Part shown: piece by piece, positions 31,453 to 43,900 of the stretch
Position numbering within the stretch: the stretch's first letter is position 1
Layout: each line of letters starts with the position of its first letter
Source: Flavobacteriales bacterium
GTDB lineage: Bacteria; Bacteroidota; Bacteroidia; CAIKAF01
Assembly: GCA_018401695.1 (NCBI GenBank)
Contig: JAGYKD010000001.1
Coordinates: forward strand, 348,016-412,015
Length of the DNA: 64,000 nucleotides
Direction: 5' to 3'
Notes under the pieces: generated by a model
What the model was told of the DNA's origin: nothing
Database searches by the model: none
Seen by the model: the letters and a program-made list of their open reading frames with translations, nothing else
Position numbers and translations under genes: made by a program

Positions 31453-32720
31453 GCGCGCCGGGATTCTACTTTTTGAAGCACCTCTTGGTAAGCGGCGAAG
31501 TAAGCCTCCACCCCTCTTGTTAGGGCAAAGTACGCTTCGGCACCCGCACGCAAATGATGCATTTGGGTGCCCAAAAGTGCCAGGGCCTGGTCTATAGCTT
31601 TAGCATAGGACTCATCGCTCAATTGGTCCACCAGGATACCGCTTTTAAAATGCTCAACTATATAATCCGAGTCCCCTACTCCACGATTGCAAATAACCGG
31701 CACATTCATGGCCATTAGCTCTCCTTGTTTGGTTGGACTGCTGGCTTGTTTACTGTAGGCGGCTTTTATAAAAAACAGCGCAAAATCTGCCAAAGAAATC
31801 ACAGAAGGGAGGTCTTGCCGACTGAACCCCTGCACCCGGATGCTATCCGAAGGAATCCCAAGCTCCTTTGCCCTTTTCCATAATCCACTGGCATCGTCAC
31901 GGGTTGCTACCAACCATACCGCATCCGGCTCCTGTTTTAGCCATTGGGCAAAAAAAGCCACCATTTCGTCCACCAAATACCAGGTACCGAGAGACCCTAC
32001 ATAAATAATTACCGTTCCGGCTTTTACCAAACGCAATTCTTTGCGCCACATTTCTGCTTTTTCTCTTGAAACCGCTTCGGGATCGAAATGCGCTAAGTCG
32101 GTGCAGCAAGGTATTACGCTGCATGTCCAATTGCTTTTGTTGGTGAGGTAAGGGAAAGCCTCCATTATTTCCTTTCCCTTGTGGGTAAGGCTAATGACTC
32201 TGTCGGCAGCCAAAAGCAATTCCTTTTCGCGGCGCTTAAAATGGGTATAAATGGCTTTGTATAAAGGATTTTTTAGGTTCCAAACCCCTCCATCTACCCG
32301 CTCATCCGGAAAAAAACCACGCATGTCGAACAAAAACCCCGTGCCATGAGATTTTTTCCAGCGCAGGCCCTCCTCGGCAGTGATATAGCTTCTGCAATGC
32401 AAGATATGGAAGGGCTTATCTCGATAAAGTGCCCGCAGTTTTTGCTTTAATTTCCACCCATCGTATAAAGTAGACAGTACAGGAGGCGACTTATGGTATA
32501 CCAAAGGATGCCATTCTATACTCTGGGTTGTGCAAAAAGCCTGAATACGCGCTCCATCTTTGGTCATTCGGTCGGGCTTTTCGAAAGAGACCAAGCGCAT
32601 AGAAACTCCCCTCTCCACAAGTCCTTTTAGATAAGGCAACACTTGAGACTCCCCTAAGGGGTCCGTCATACCATCGTAAGACAAAAAAACAGCTTCAGTG
32701 GGATGTGAATTGTTGGGCAT
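31449..32720 (-). CDS. glycosyltransferase (GT4-like)
   Basis: N-terminal FLSYDGMTDPLGESQVLPYLKGL and a C-terminal Glycos_transf_1-like region. Overlaps asnB by 26 nt. Confidence 0.6.
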   Translation of the reverse strand: MPNNSHPTEAVFLSYDGMTDPLGESQVLPYLKGLVERGVSMRLVSFEKPDRMTKDGARIQAFCTTQSIEWHPLVYHKSPPVLSTLYDGWKLKQKLRALYRDKPFHILHCRSYITAEEGLRWKKSHGTGFLFDMRGFFPDERVDGGVWNLKNPLYKAIYTHFKRREKELLLAADRVISLTHKGKEIMEAFPYLTNKSNWTCSVIPCCTDLAHFDPEAVSREKAEMWRKELRLVKAGTVIIYVGSLGTWYLVDEMVAFFAQWLKQEPDAVWLVATRDDASGLWKRAKELGIPSDSIRVQGFSRQDLPSVISLADFALFFIKAAYSKQASSPTKQGELMAMNVPVICNRGVGDSDYIVEHFKSGILVDQLSDESYAKAIDQALALLGTQMHHLRAGAEAYFALTRGVEAYFAAYQEVLQKVESRRA

Positions 32721-34557
32721 GCCAAAGATTTAATTGCAACAGCAGCCACACCTGCTGATAATGAATTTGAGAACCACGTTTAAAAAAGGGTTGTACCAGG
32801 TTTAAGGCCGCTTGCTTGTCTACCAAGCCATGACTATACGCCGACTCAGAAAGCACCATATCCCCCACGAGTTCTTTAAGCCCTCCCCTAAGCCAATGGT
32901 TAAGAGGGATAGAAAAGCCCCATTTGGGCCGCTCAAAAAGTTCCCTGGGCAGGTGGCGGTACAATACCTCCTTAAGCAAATATTTATCCACTCCATCCCT
33001 GCGCTTTAGCTTTGAATCTAAGGCAGCGGCAAACTCCACGATGCGGAAGTCCAGCAAAGGAACCCGGGCTTCTAAGCTATGCTGCATGGAAGCGCGGTCC
33101 ATTTTTACCAACAAATCGTCGGGCAAATAGGCTTCCTGGTCAAACATAGCCTGACGCGTTGCCGGATCGGCAGAGCTAAGCCAAGCAGGAGGCTGCCAAG
33201 TGCTTACTCGATCAGAAGGCAGGCTTCCTGTGAGGCGAGCTACTTCCGAAGCTAGAAAAAAGTATTGTTCTTGACCAAACAAGTGCGCTTGAGGACTTAT
33301 TCCTTGGGCAGGCATACGGAGCAGACGCCCTATCCTACGGTAACGGTCAGGCCCCGTAGCAAAAATCTTAGAGGCCAAGCCACGGGCAAGCCCCCAAGAC
33401 CAAGGGAACTGCTGCAAGCGTTCCGCCCAGCGATAGGCACCATAGCCATGGAAAAGCTCATCGCCGCCATCCCCGGTAAGCACCATAGTAACATGCTTGC
33501 GGGCAAGCTCAGAAACCACCAAAGAAGGAACCGCGGATGCATCGCCATAAGGTTCGTCGTAAATTTGGGGCAGGCGCTCCACCCAATGGAAGCAATCCTT
33601 AGCTTGAATTCTAAAGGTGGTATGGTTGGTGTTTAGGGCCTTGGCCACTTGCTCGGCATAGGGCGACTCATCGTGCGAGTCGGTATCCATGGCAATGGAA
33701 AAGGTACGCAAACCCGGCCCATAATGTTTACTAGCCAAGGCAGTAACCAAACTTGAATCCACTCCTCCGCTCAAAAAGGTTCCAAAAGGGACGTCCGATA
33801 CCAGGCGCTGGCCCACCGCGTCTTGCAAAAGCGCATCCAGCGTATCTATGGCTTCGGGCGCTTTACTTAAGCCGGGGCCTGCAAAAGCTGTTTCTACGCT
33901 CCACCAAGGCGCTATGTGCACTGAGCCACCGGCACTACGGGCGAGGCAATGGCCGGGCGCTAACTTGTGCACACCCTTCCAAATAGAATCTGGACCGGGA
34001 ATATAACCTAAGTGTAAATAGGCGTTGAGTGCCCCTCCATATACTTCGTCCTCAGGCAAACGCAAGGCCTTGAGCTCTGAAGCACAAGCAAAGCCTTGTC
34101 CGGGTAGGCTACGGTAATACAAAGGCTTAATGCCCATGCGATCGCGCCAGATATTCAAAGAGCCTGTTTCTTTATCAAAAATGGCTATAACAAACATGCC
34201 ATTGAGTGCTTGTACAAAATCCGGCCCCCAAGCCACAAAGGCTTCCAAAATCACCTCGGTATCCCCTTGGGTCTTAAAAGGACCATGGCCTTGCTGCTGA
34301 AGCTTGTTTCGAAGTTCTTTAAAGTTATAGACTTCGCCATTGTACACCATTACGTAGCGCCCATTATGGCTATGCGCCGGCTGATGGGCCGCTTCGGACA
34401 AGTCCAATATACTTAAGCGGCGGTGGCCTAATGCCACTCCATGCTTGGCGTCAAAAAAAGTGCCTTGATGGTCAGGGCCTCTATGCGCCAAGCGCGCCGT
34501 TGCTTGCTCTATTTGCTGTTTGGCGCCTTTAGCAATCCAAGCTGTTATACCGCACAT
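32695..34557 (-). CDS. asnB: asparagine synthase (glutamine-hydrolysing)
   Basis: N-terminal MCGI Ntn-amidotransferase domain, the PP-loop SGGVDSS and a C-terminal synthetase domain. Confidence 0.9.
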   Translation of the reverse strand: MCGITAWIAKGAKQQIEQATARLAHRGPDHQGTFFDAKHGVALGHRRLSILDLSEAAHQPAHSHNGRYVMVYNGEVYNFKELRNKLQQQGHGPFKTQGDTEVILEAFVAWGPDFVQALNGMFVIAIFDKETGSLNIWRDRMGIKPLYYRSLPGQGFACASELKALRLPEDEVYGGALNAYLHLGYIPGPDSIWKGVHKLAPGHCLARSAGGSVHIAPWWSVETAFAGPGLSKAPEAIDTLDALLQDAVGQRLVSDVPFGTFLSGGVDSSLVTALASKHYGPGLRTFSIAMDTDSHDESPYAEQVAKALNTNHTTFRIQAKDCFHWVERLPQIYDEPYGDASAVPSLVVSELARKHVTMVLTGDGGDELFHGYGAYRWAERLQQFPWSWGLARGLASKIFATGPDRYRRIGRLLRMPAQGISPQAHLFGQEQYFFLASEVARLTGSLPSDRVSTWQPPAWLSSADPATRQAMFDQEAYLPDDLLVKMDRASMQHSLEARVPLLDFRIVEFAAALDSKLKRRDGVDKYLLKEVLYRHLPRELFERPKWGFSIPLNHWLRGGLKELVGDMVLSESAYSHGLVDKQAALNLVQPFFKRGSQIHYQQVWLLLQLNLWHAQQFTSH

Positions 34558-34699
34558 AAAGAATTTGTTTAGCCATATGGAGCAAAAGTACGAAGCATTT
34601 TAGCGGCAGGCTCGACAAATGTTTCATCGAAAGGAGGCTGGAACAAAACAAGAGAAATAGTGGAAGAGAAAAGCGAAGCTAGGTAAAACTCCACAAAAC

Positions 34700-34877
34700 C
34701 AAGGCACAAAACGCATGCGCCAGGGACCGGCACGGATGCCCCGGACGCCTCTAAACCCGGACGGGCCGGCTGGCGGAGGCGGTCCCGAATCATCGGGAAA
34801 GCCCACGCACAGCCCTGCCCGTCCGTGGTTTGGAGGCGCCGGAGCAGGAGGGAGGGCCCGGTTCAGGCGCCCAAAAC
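34700..34877 (-). repeat. GC-rich intergenic repeat, copy R5 (subfamily 2)
   Basis: Aligns with R8 through ggaggc.gtcccgaatcatcggga, ggagggagggcccggtt and a terminal caggcgcccaaaac. It abuts the tatC stop codon. Confidence 0.65.
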
Positions 34878-34878
34878 T

Positions 34879-35673
34879 TTAGACTTCTTTGTACTGCCGT
34901 GCGGCAATTCCGATGCTGATTTCGTAGAGAAAAATTAGAGGAAAGGTGATGAGTATCTGGGAAGTAATATCGGGTGGGGTGACCACTGCTGCCAGGATTA
35001 GGATGCCTACATAGGCGTGGCGGCGGTATTTTTTGAGCATGGCGGGACCAACCATGCCCACACGAGCCAGGAAAAAGATAAATACCGGCAATTCAAACAC
35101 CAATCCGGTGCCAAGCGTGAGGTGCAAAATGGTGGATAAATAACTCACAAAGGTGGGACGGTTTTCGATGAGTTCGGATACCTGATAATTACCCAAAAAA
35201 TGTATGGTCATGGGCGACAAAACGAAGTAGCCAAAGAGTGCACCGGTAAAAAATAACATGCTGGAATAAAAAACTATACCACGCACTTTGCCTTTCTCTT
35301 CTTTGCGCAAAGCGGGGCGAATAAAGCGCCAAATTTCGTACAAAATATAAGGAAAAGCCAACACCACACCAGCCAAAAAACAGGCCCAAATATGCCAGGT
35401 AAACTGACCGGCAAAAACAATGTTTTGGAGTTTTTCAATCTTGAGCTCGCCAAGACATAAATTGGGGGTATCGAGGCTTTCGGCCAGATTACACAACAAG
35501 ACTTTGGTAGGGAAATTTTCTTGAAAGGGACCAAACAGCACCACATCGAACAACACAGAGGTGAAGGCAAAGGCCAATATGGCGCCCACCAATACTGCCA
35601 AAACACTGCGAATCAAATGGCTACGCAGCTCTTCGACATGCTGCAAAAAGGACATTTCTTTCTCTTGAGCCAT
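34879..35673 (-). CDS. tatC: twin-arginine translocase subunit TatC
   Basis: Six TM segments and TatC motifs (FLQHVEELRSHLIRS; PxxxxF..). Confidence 0.85.
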   Translation of the reverse strand: MAQEKEMSFLQHVEELRSHLIRSVLAVLVGAILAFAFTSVLFDVVLFGPFQENFPTKVLLCNLAESLDTPNLCLGELKIEKLQNIVFAGQFTWHIWACFLAGVVLAFPYILYEIWRFIRPALRKEEKGKVRGIVFYSSMLFFTGALFGYFVLSPMTIHFLGNYQVSELIENRPTFVSYLSTILHLTLGTGLVFELPVFIFFLARVGMVGPAMLKKYRRHAYVGILILAAVVTPPDITSQILITFPLIFLYEISIGIAARQYKEV

Positions 35674-35699
35674 CGCTTGCGAAGTTAGTGATTCGGCGG

Positions 35700-36065
35700 C
35701 TACCTAAACCCATCCTCCCTGCGCCGTTTTTTGTAAGCACGACGACTTTCGACCAATGCAAAGTATTCGGTGAATTCGTATTCGCTGATTCCAATAGTTA
35801 TATCATTTACTATCAAATAGGTAGATGTGTTTCCCGTCATAACTTTTCTAAAACGGTAGGCAATTCCGGCATGAAAATTTTTATAGTCCTGCAAGCAATA
35901 GGCCTTGGGCAAACGCGGAAACAGCAGCACCAAAGGCACGCCCAGCAGCGGCGTCAAAAAAAGCATCAGCACATAAGCCCCTGTGGTTCCAATGGTTCTG
36001 AAGGCCCCAAAATAATCGGCAACAATGCCTAAAGCCACCAAATACAGAATGGGAAACAACTCCAT
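35700..36065 (-). CDS. hypothetical membrane protein
   Basis: 2-3 predicted TM helices. The start was moved to MELFPIL because the upstream part of the ORF runs into a GC-rich repeat. Confidence 0.35.
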   Translation of the reverse strand: MELFPILYLVALGIVADYFGAFRTIGTTGAYVLMLFLTPLLGVPLVLLFPRLPKAYCLQDYKNFHAGIAYRFRKVMTGNTSTYLIVNDITIGISEYEFTEYFALVESRRAYKKRRREDGFR

Positions 36066-36099
36066 AGCTATATAACCAGCTTGTGCCCGGAATGGTTGT

Positions 36100-36310
36100 T
36101 TTGCTATGAAATTTGGGGGTTCCCCCTCGGGCCTAAGGGCACCGAGGGGGCGGGCTGTCCGTTCCAAGCCGCATGGGCAAGCCTTGCTTTTGTAAGCTTT
36201 TTGGGGGTTTTGCTAAAGCGCCAACCCCAAAAAGCAACAAAAGCAAAGCCTTGCCTGCGCGGGCTTTCCTCTGCCATCCCTAACCCAAGATCCCTATACT
36301 CTTTGAGCTT
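36100..36310. repeat. GC-rich intergenic element, a possible degenerate repeat copy (R6)
   Basis: High GC. Internal inverted repeat CCCCCTCGG...CCGAGGGGG. Only a weak match to the family end (taaagcgccaaccccaaaaag). Confidence 0.25.
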
Positions 36311-36320
36311 GGTGCTCCCC

Positions 36321-37889
36321 TTAGGGATGCTGAACGATTAGAGAATAGGTGTTCCCGGACTCGGTGGAAACTAAAAAATAAAGGCCGGCGGGCAAACCTT
36401 GAGGTAGGCCCAAACGGTCGGTAGGCGTTTGGGTATGCATGAGGCTTTGCCCTTGCATATTCTTGAGTTCCCAAAGTCCGCTTTGCGGCAATTGAATGTT
36501 TTGGCCGGAAACTCCGGGGTTTGGATAAATGAGCTTTGAATGCTGGTTTTCCTGGTCTTGTAAAGACAAATCAGACTCCGGAATCGTGTACCGGGCAGCG
36601 GCCCATTGAAGGATGCCACAGACTCCGTTGCTGCATGTGCGGGTATAACCGCTAAGCACCACCTTACCAAGGGGAGTCAACACTGCGCCGCTAGAAGAGC
36701 TATTGTTGTTCTCGTTGAATATGTTTTTAAAGTACCCACCATTATAGAAGCTTTGGTCTATTTGTCCATTTGGGGTGAGCATGGCCAAAGAAAAATAAAC
36801 GGTATCTCCCGAGCCGTGGTTACCGGTCAACAGCAACCTTCCATCCGAAAGTAGAATGCTGTTGTAGCACCCTTCGGTAACCCCTTGGCCGTTCAAATCC
36901 CATTTGATTTTTCCTTGTTGGCCAAAGGAAGGATCCGGGTTTCCGGTAGCATCCAAGCCGATGGCCAAATAATCGTAATCCAGCCCGGTCCAGGTCATGG
37001 CCGAAACCACGATTCGGCCGTCGTTCCGTGCATGCACTCGGGTTACCAAATCCATGGACGTACTGTCGTAATTGTAAAAGCCTATGCCATTGTACGCAAA
37101 AGCCGGGTTTAATAGTCCATTGGGGCTTATTTTGGCAACAGCAATTCGGTTAAAGTTGGGGTCGTTGCTTCCGGAGGTAGCCCTCATGTATTTAAAAGCA
37201 AAGAGCAGGTCGCCATCGGGATGCCAATCTAAGGTAGCATCGGTACCATCGTACCAATGACCGGTTTGGCTTGGCGAAAACTCCGCAAGTCCATTGTTTC
37301 CAAAACCGGCATCGAGCTGTCCTTGATTGGTCAATTTGGCTACCACTACTTTGCCTATGGATTTGGTTCCTCCTAAATAAAAATCGCCCTGACTGTCTTG
37401 CAACAATGCCCGGAAGTACCATACTTTAGGCGCCTGAAATTTTTTAATTCCGTCGTCGGCAAAATCGGTTTTAAGTCCTGAGCCATCGGGCAAAAGCGCT
37501 GCCATGTATCCAAAAGTCGTGGTTCCGCCTACGTCGGTCGAAGTAGAGCCGCAGAGGTAAATGGCCTCCGGTCGGATCAATACATCGTAGATTCGGGTAG
37601 CCCGCTCCATAATTTGAAAGGTAAAACTGCCGTTGCTGCCAAAGGAGGCGTCGGTAGAGCCATCGGGTTTAAGCTTCATTAAGCGAGCTGTTCCATTAGA
37701 CATGGGATTACCAATCATTAGCAAGGACTCATCGGGAAAAGCGGCGACCAAGTCTCCGGTTCGGCTTTGGGGAAGCACTAGTTTGCCTTGAGTGGCAAAA
37801 GAAGGGTCTAGCGCGGCCTGGTTTTGGCCTGAAAGCAAGCTTAAGGAACCAAGCGCAGATGCACACATAAGGGTAAAGAACAATTTCAT
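36321..37889 (-). CDS. T9SS cargo protein with delta-60 (beta-propeller-like) repeats
   Basis: Signal peptide, repeated D(A/P)SFG.NG and DGRIVV/DGRLLL motifs, and a C-terminal T9SS sorting domain (LPAGLYFLVSTESGNTYSLIVQHP). Confidence 0.65.
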   Translation of the reverse strand: MKLFFTLMCASALGSLSLLSGQNQAALDPSFATQGKLVLPQSRTGDLVAAFPDESLLMIGNPMSNGTARLMKLKPDGSTDASFGSNGSFTFQIMERATRIYDVLIRPEAIYLCGSTSTDVGGTTTFGYMAALLPDGSGLKTDFADDGIKKFQAPKVWYFRALLQDSQGDFYLGGTKSIGKVVVAKLTNQGQLDAGFGNNGLAEFSPSQTGHWYDGTDATLDWHPDGDLLFAFKYMRATSGSNDPNFNRIAVAKISPNGLLNPAFAYNGIGFYNYDSTSMDLVTRVHARNDGRIVVSAMTWTGLDYDYLAIGLDATGNPDPSFGQQGKIKWDLNGQGVTEGCYNSILLSDGRLLLTGNHGSGDTVYFSLAMLTPNGQIDQSFYNGGYFKNIFNENNNSSSSGAVLTPLGKVVLSGYTRTCSNGVCGILQWAAARYTIPESDLSLQDQENQHSKLIYPNPGVSGQNIQLPQSGLWELKNMQGQSLMHTQTPTDRLGLPQGLPAGLYFLVSTESGNTYSLIVQHP

Positions 37890-37931
37890 AGAGCTAAATT
37901 TATATACACTTAAGATACAACAAATTGTGGA

Positions 37932-37961
37932 CAAAAAAAAGACCCGCCGAAGCGGGTCTTT
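37932..37961 (-). terminator. bidirectional rho-independent terminator after the giant T9SS gene
   Basis: AAGACCCGC-CGAA-GCGGGTCTT flanked by A and T runs. Confidence 0.65.
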
Positions 37962-37983
37962 TATAGCCGAGGCTATATAGGTT

Positions 37984-40900
37984 TTACATCTTAACGATGC
38001 GGGTCTGCGATTTAATTTCCCCGAATTGAATTTCTATTAGATACACGCCTTTGGCTTGTCCTGTAAGATTCAAGGAGGTTTGTTGCACACCTGCTTTTCC
38101 TTTTACGGAGCGGCTCAGGATTTCGCGGCCGGTAAGGTCAAGCAAACGTAGCTTAACTTCCTCTCCAGAGGTATTTAGGAACGAAACCTGCACCAAATCA
38201 ACGGTGGGATTGGGGTAAACCACCAAGCTTTGTTGAACGGTTTCCTCAAATCCGGTAGTGCTTATAACCACTGTCTTGGTTACACTTGACGCATTTCCAC
38301 AGCTGTCGGTTACAGTAAGCGTTACGGTATAGTTTCCGTCTGCTCCATAGATGTGGATTGGGTCTTGATCGGTGGAGCTGTTGCCATCGCCGAAGTCCCA
38401 AGCATAGCTTAGACCCGTTCCTGTGGAGCCATTGGTAAATGCGCTGGTAAGGAAGCTCTCTACAGAAGTAAAGGCTGCGGTGGGTGGGGGGTAGTCAAAC
38501 ACTTCCACGGTATCGGTTCCGGTGCTGCAAGTTCCAACAAGGAACAGCGAGTATTCGCCGGGTTGCACCACTTGAATGGTATTGGTGTTTTCGAAAGTGC
38601 TCCAGAAATACGAGCCTGGGGCAATGGCAAAGTCACTGAGGGTAACGGTATCTCCTGCACACTTCCAGATGTCTGGTCCTAAGGTAAAGTTGACCCCTTC
38701 GAACATTTCGTCTGCGCCGATATCAGGCACTACAGAGCTTCTGGCATCACCATCCCAGTCCTTCGTTAAGTTGGCCAAAGGTAAAGCAGCACCATCCAAA
38801 ATAGGTGAACAATGGTGGTGATCGTCCCATGCCAAGAAACCCGGGTCAACAGAAACTGCATTGGCATCCCAACCGGTTTGGTTCTGCCAAATGGCCAAGT
38901 TGGGATAACCTAAGTTGTTCACAGCTGCAAGGAATGGGCCCGAAGTAAAGTAGTTGTTGTAATCGGGAGCTGCGACAAACAAGGAGGAATTGAAAATAAC
39001 CGGAATGGCATTTCCGCGAGCCACCAAGTTATTGTTGAAGGATTCAATGTTGGTGCCTGAAGTAACCGCCATGGCAGCGGACAAGTCGTCGCTTTCCCGG
39101 ATGATGGAGGTATTATTGGCCATACGCAGGTTCACCATATCGTCTACCAATACACCGTAGGTCAAATCGGTCACCCCTGAGTCGCCCACAATAGCTACGT
39201 TATTGTAGAAAGCATTGGGTCCACTGTTGGTGCCTGCCCCGGAGGTCATATAGAACCCATAGTTGGGCCATTCGCCATTGCCCACCACTCGGTTGGCTTC
39301 GAGGTGTAAACCGGGACCGGTGCTTGAGGTATAATAACCAAAAGAGGTACTGGTGTAGCCGCTTTCCGACATCAAATCATTTCCTTGAAGCACTAAAGAA
39401 TCCTGATTCTCGAATCTCCCCCCGTAGAAGTAGGAATCCTCTATTTTATTGTTGATAAAGCTATTCCCTACTTCATTTCCACCTGCTGCTGAGGAGCCGT
39501 ACCAATAAATACCGTAGGAGCCGCCGCGGATACGGTTTTGCTCAAAGGTATTATAATTGTCTCCTCCGCTTCCGCTTTGCGACCAAATCACCGTTCTTAG
39601 AGTAGAGGTAGTAGTGATGGAAGTATCTCCAATAAGCTCGGTATTGGCAATTCGGTTGTGTTCAGAGCCCCCAATAAACTCGAGTACTCGATAGTTGGAA
39701 GGCCCTTCGGACTTCATGGTCAAATGTTCGAAGTTAAGGTGGTTGGCACCATTCAGGCGAACCACATAGTTCAGGGTAGAAACGGTGGGGCCAAAGGAAA
39801 TCGCCACGTCGGTAGAGTCTCCGGATTGAGAACGGTAGGTTACCGTGTTCACCGCGGAGCTGTTGGGTACTTCAAAGAACTCTACTTGTTCATTGTACAC
39901 TCCGCTTACAGCTTCCACAACAATAGGACCGCAAATACCACGAGCCTCAAGAGTGTCCGCGGCTTCGTTAAAGCTCACAAAGTTGGTACCTCCCGATGCT
40001 AGGTTGGGATCAATGGTAAAATTACCGCTCAGACCTTCGTTCACAACTACTACGGAGGTATCGTTGCTAAACTCTTCGTCCACTACATTGTTGGGCTGGC
40101 TGGTGTAGGCTTCTACGATATAGGTTTGTCCTGTGGCAAAGTTAAAGGAGCCCAACACTACGTTGGTGTCCTGTCCTTGGGCCAAATTCATTCCCGAGAG
40201 GGCTACTTGTGGCTGCGCTGCACCGTTGATTTCCCAATCAACCAGTACATCGGTCAAGTTCAATAGACCATAGTTGCGCAGGTTCACCTCTACAGTTCCT
40301 GAACCGGGGCAATAGTTCTTGCCGGGATTGAGGATAGCAAACACGCCGGCATCGTTGTTGGGAACAATAAACTCAATGGCACCTGGATCCGGGGTAGATG
40401 TTCTAGCTACGCCAAAGTGGTCGGTGGGTACAAGAGTCAACAAATCGGCTCCGATATTGTCCACTCCAAGGGCTGTAGGACGAAGATTTCCTCCGGCTGC
40501 ATTGAAATATAATGGATCTGTAGATACCCCGTTACTTTCCCAACCTGGAGTATTGGTCTGATAATCAAAAAGGGTAGGCTGAATTCCAGAGTAGAAGCCA
40601 TAATATGGCGTACCGGCAAGCGGATTCACAAAAACTACATTATTCTCTGTGCTATCTACCGCCAAGGTGCTGTTGATGTACAAGCCATACTTGGTACCGC
40701 TACCTTCACGGCTTACCGTAACTATGTTGTTTACAAAAGATGAAGCCGTTCCGGTTCCGGTAAAGTAAGCACCGTAGGTGGTACTTCCTGTGGTGGCCGA
40801 TTGGTCGTCCAAACTAATGGTATTGTGCAACAAACGGTTTCCTAAAGCTGAAGAAGCATAGGTTCCATAAAGAATACCGTTGCTATTCATTCCATAAATA

Positions 40901-43900
40901 ATGTTGTTTGAGAAGGTATTCTCCAAACCGGGCTGAGCATCGGCTAAAAGATAAATCCCATAGGTAGTACCCGTGTAGCCGGGCGATCCTCCGTTGGGAT
41001 TGGTAACGATGTTTCCATCGATCAAACTACGCTCCATATCTCCTGTGGAATAAATACCATAAAAGGTTGTAAGCGTAGTACGCGTTGGACGGGCCATTTC
41101 ATTGCCAACGAATACCAAGGAATCTACATTATTGAAATACACTTGATGGGCGTAGGCATCGTAAAACTTATTATGGGCGATTCGGTTATTGACATTACCT
41201 GCACCAAAAGTTAAGCCATTCATGCGCATACCATAGTAAGGACCACCTCCAGGACCACCCAAGAAGCTGGAATGTTCCACGGCACAGTTTGAAGCCACAA
41301 TACCCGTTGAACTGGTAGAGGTAGTTGAACCCGAGAACAACAGTCCGGTGGAGTTAATGGTGCTGGTACTGGTGATGCTGCTTAAGTCTACCGTTAAATA
41401 CCTCAAAGTATCGAACTGGTTATCACCAATAAAATGTACCCCATATCCATAGGTAAGGTCTTCCCCAATTAGGGTAAGACTGTCCACTGAAACATATTTG
41501 GCGCCATCTAAACGAAGCAAATGGCGGTTGGTAACGTTAGGCTGGGCAGATAATACCCCTCCTTGACCATGCACGTACAAGTAGTTTTGCGCACTTGCAT
41601 TGGCATAGTTGCGAATGGTAATTTGCTCGTTGATAGTATCCACAGGATTCACAAATACATCTACTCCACCGCAATGGCCGCCTAAGAAGAGTGCAGTGTC
41701 TAGGGCACCCCAAGTGGCGAAGTTGGTTCCACCTGTTGGCAAAGTGCCATCTAAAGTATACGTTCCTGCTAACCCTCCATACACGGAAATGGTAGTGGTA
41801 TCGTTGCCTGCAAACGCATCCGATGTATTGTTGGGCTGCGTGGTATAGGCCTGGAATGTGAATGGACCCGTTCCTGTCAGGGGAAATAAACCCAAGAAAA
41901 GCACAGAATCGTTATTGGCAGGCAAATTGATTCCGCTTAGGCTAACCGTTGGCTGCCCAGCTCCGTTAACACTCCAAGCAACGTCCACGCTAGTCAAAGG
42001 ATTGGATCCGGGATTGTTTAACCTTACAAAAATGGAATCGTTACCGGGGCAGAAGTTAAGGCCGGGATTAATAAACTGGCTAATTCCCGCATCGTTGGCT
42101 GCTCCATCAAACTCCCAAGCACCGGGGTCCGGAGAACTTAAGCGGGTAAACCCGGTAATATCTTGAGGAACCAAGGCATTCAGGTTTGCTCCAATATTGT
42201 TAAAACCGGGCGATTGTGGCTGAAAATTAGCAGCCGCTGGATTGACAAAGACAGGGTCAAAATCTTGACTTAAGTTCTCATATTGGTTGTTGCTGGCAGC
42301 TGCAAAACTGACACGGGTAAAGTGCGGAGTATTGTAGTAGCCATAGTAGTTTGTACCATTGGCATTCACATACACGTTGTTGTTGTTCATGGCTGCCAAC
42401 ACGGCGTTGGTTGTAGAAAAGTACATGCCATAAGACAAGCCGGTGGAAGTTCTGGTAACCGAAATAAGGTTGTTTAGAATTTCCGTTCCAATCATATTTG
42501 AGGTGCCATACAAGCCATAGGTCGCAGAGGTTCCTGAGAAGGCATTATCGTCCAAAGAGACCGTGTTGTGGTACACCAAGTTGTACTCGGGCGATGACAA
42601 ATAAATACCGTATTGAGTACCATTGCTGCCGAAATTGTACACCACATTATTGGCCATTAACAACTCTTGCCCCTGAAGCACATCGGCTGCGGAGTACAAT
42701 CCATAAGCTACTGCGGTCATGGTGGAGGTGCCTTGAGGGCGGTGAATATAATTACGCTCTATTCGACTGTTGTAACTGTCGCCGGTTATAAATATGCCGT
42801 AGAACGTAGTAGTAGCAGATTTCGTAGGTCTGTGCACTTCATTGTCCCAAATTTTGGCTCCGTCAACATCATTGAAATACACGCCATAAAAATAGGGGTC
42901 CCGAATTTCATTGCCTTGCACCAAAATATTTTGAGCACCGGAGCCACCACCGTTTTGACCAATTACCGAAATTCCATAATACAATCCCCCACTAAGCGTT
43001 CTGCCATTGATGGTATTATTCAAAATGGCACAATCGTCACAATTCGCCCCATTGGTAGTAGGGCTTGTATTCGAACCAGACACTACAATACCAGCAGAAT
43101 TCGTGCTTGTAGTGCTAGAAACAGCGCTAATATCCAAATTACAGTTGCGTATGGTATCGTTGGTACATCCCCCTGTGTAATGCACTCCCCAACCAAAGGT
43201 GGTACTCTGAGTTACAATATTCAAATCTTCTAAGGTTACATAAGAGGCCCCATTAAACCGAATTACTTGACGGTCGGAGGTAGTGCCGCTAAACTGAAGG
43301 GTGGCATTATTGCCGTGAATATTGATTCGATTAACCAAACTGGCTCCCGGAATGGTCGTGAAGGTTACTTGCTCATTAAAAACAGCACTTGAAGCAACAT
43401 TTATATCCACAGGTCCGCATACGCCAAAAGTATTTAAGGCCGTGGCCAAATCGTTCCAGTTATTGAAATTGGTTCCGGCTGTGGGCTGGTTCCCGTCAAG
43501 TGTATAAGTACCTGTCAAACTCGGTGTAATGGTTACCGAAACGGTGTCGTTGCCGTTGATGGTATCGTTGCCGCCATTGGGCGCACTGGTCCAAGCCACA
43601 ATTGTGGTTGGCACCCCGGCCACAAAGTTTACATTACCTAAAGGAATGGTAGCTGTATTGCTTCCGTTGCCTCCAATGGTATCCAACAACTGGTTCACCG
43701 GTACAGGTGCTTGCGGCGTCCCATTTAAGGACCAATTAACGGTAAGGCTATTGATTTGATTGCTGCCAAAATTCGCAACATCTAAAGACATTGCGTTACT
43801 ACCCGGACATACCAAGCTTGGATTAATTCCCAAGGCAGCAGCATTATTGAATCCTTGATTGGCAAGCGAATAAACCACACCACCATTAAATTGGCGGGGA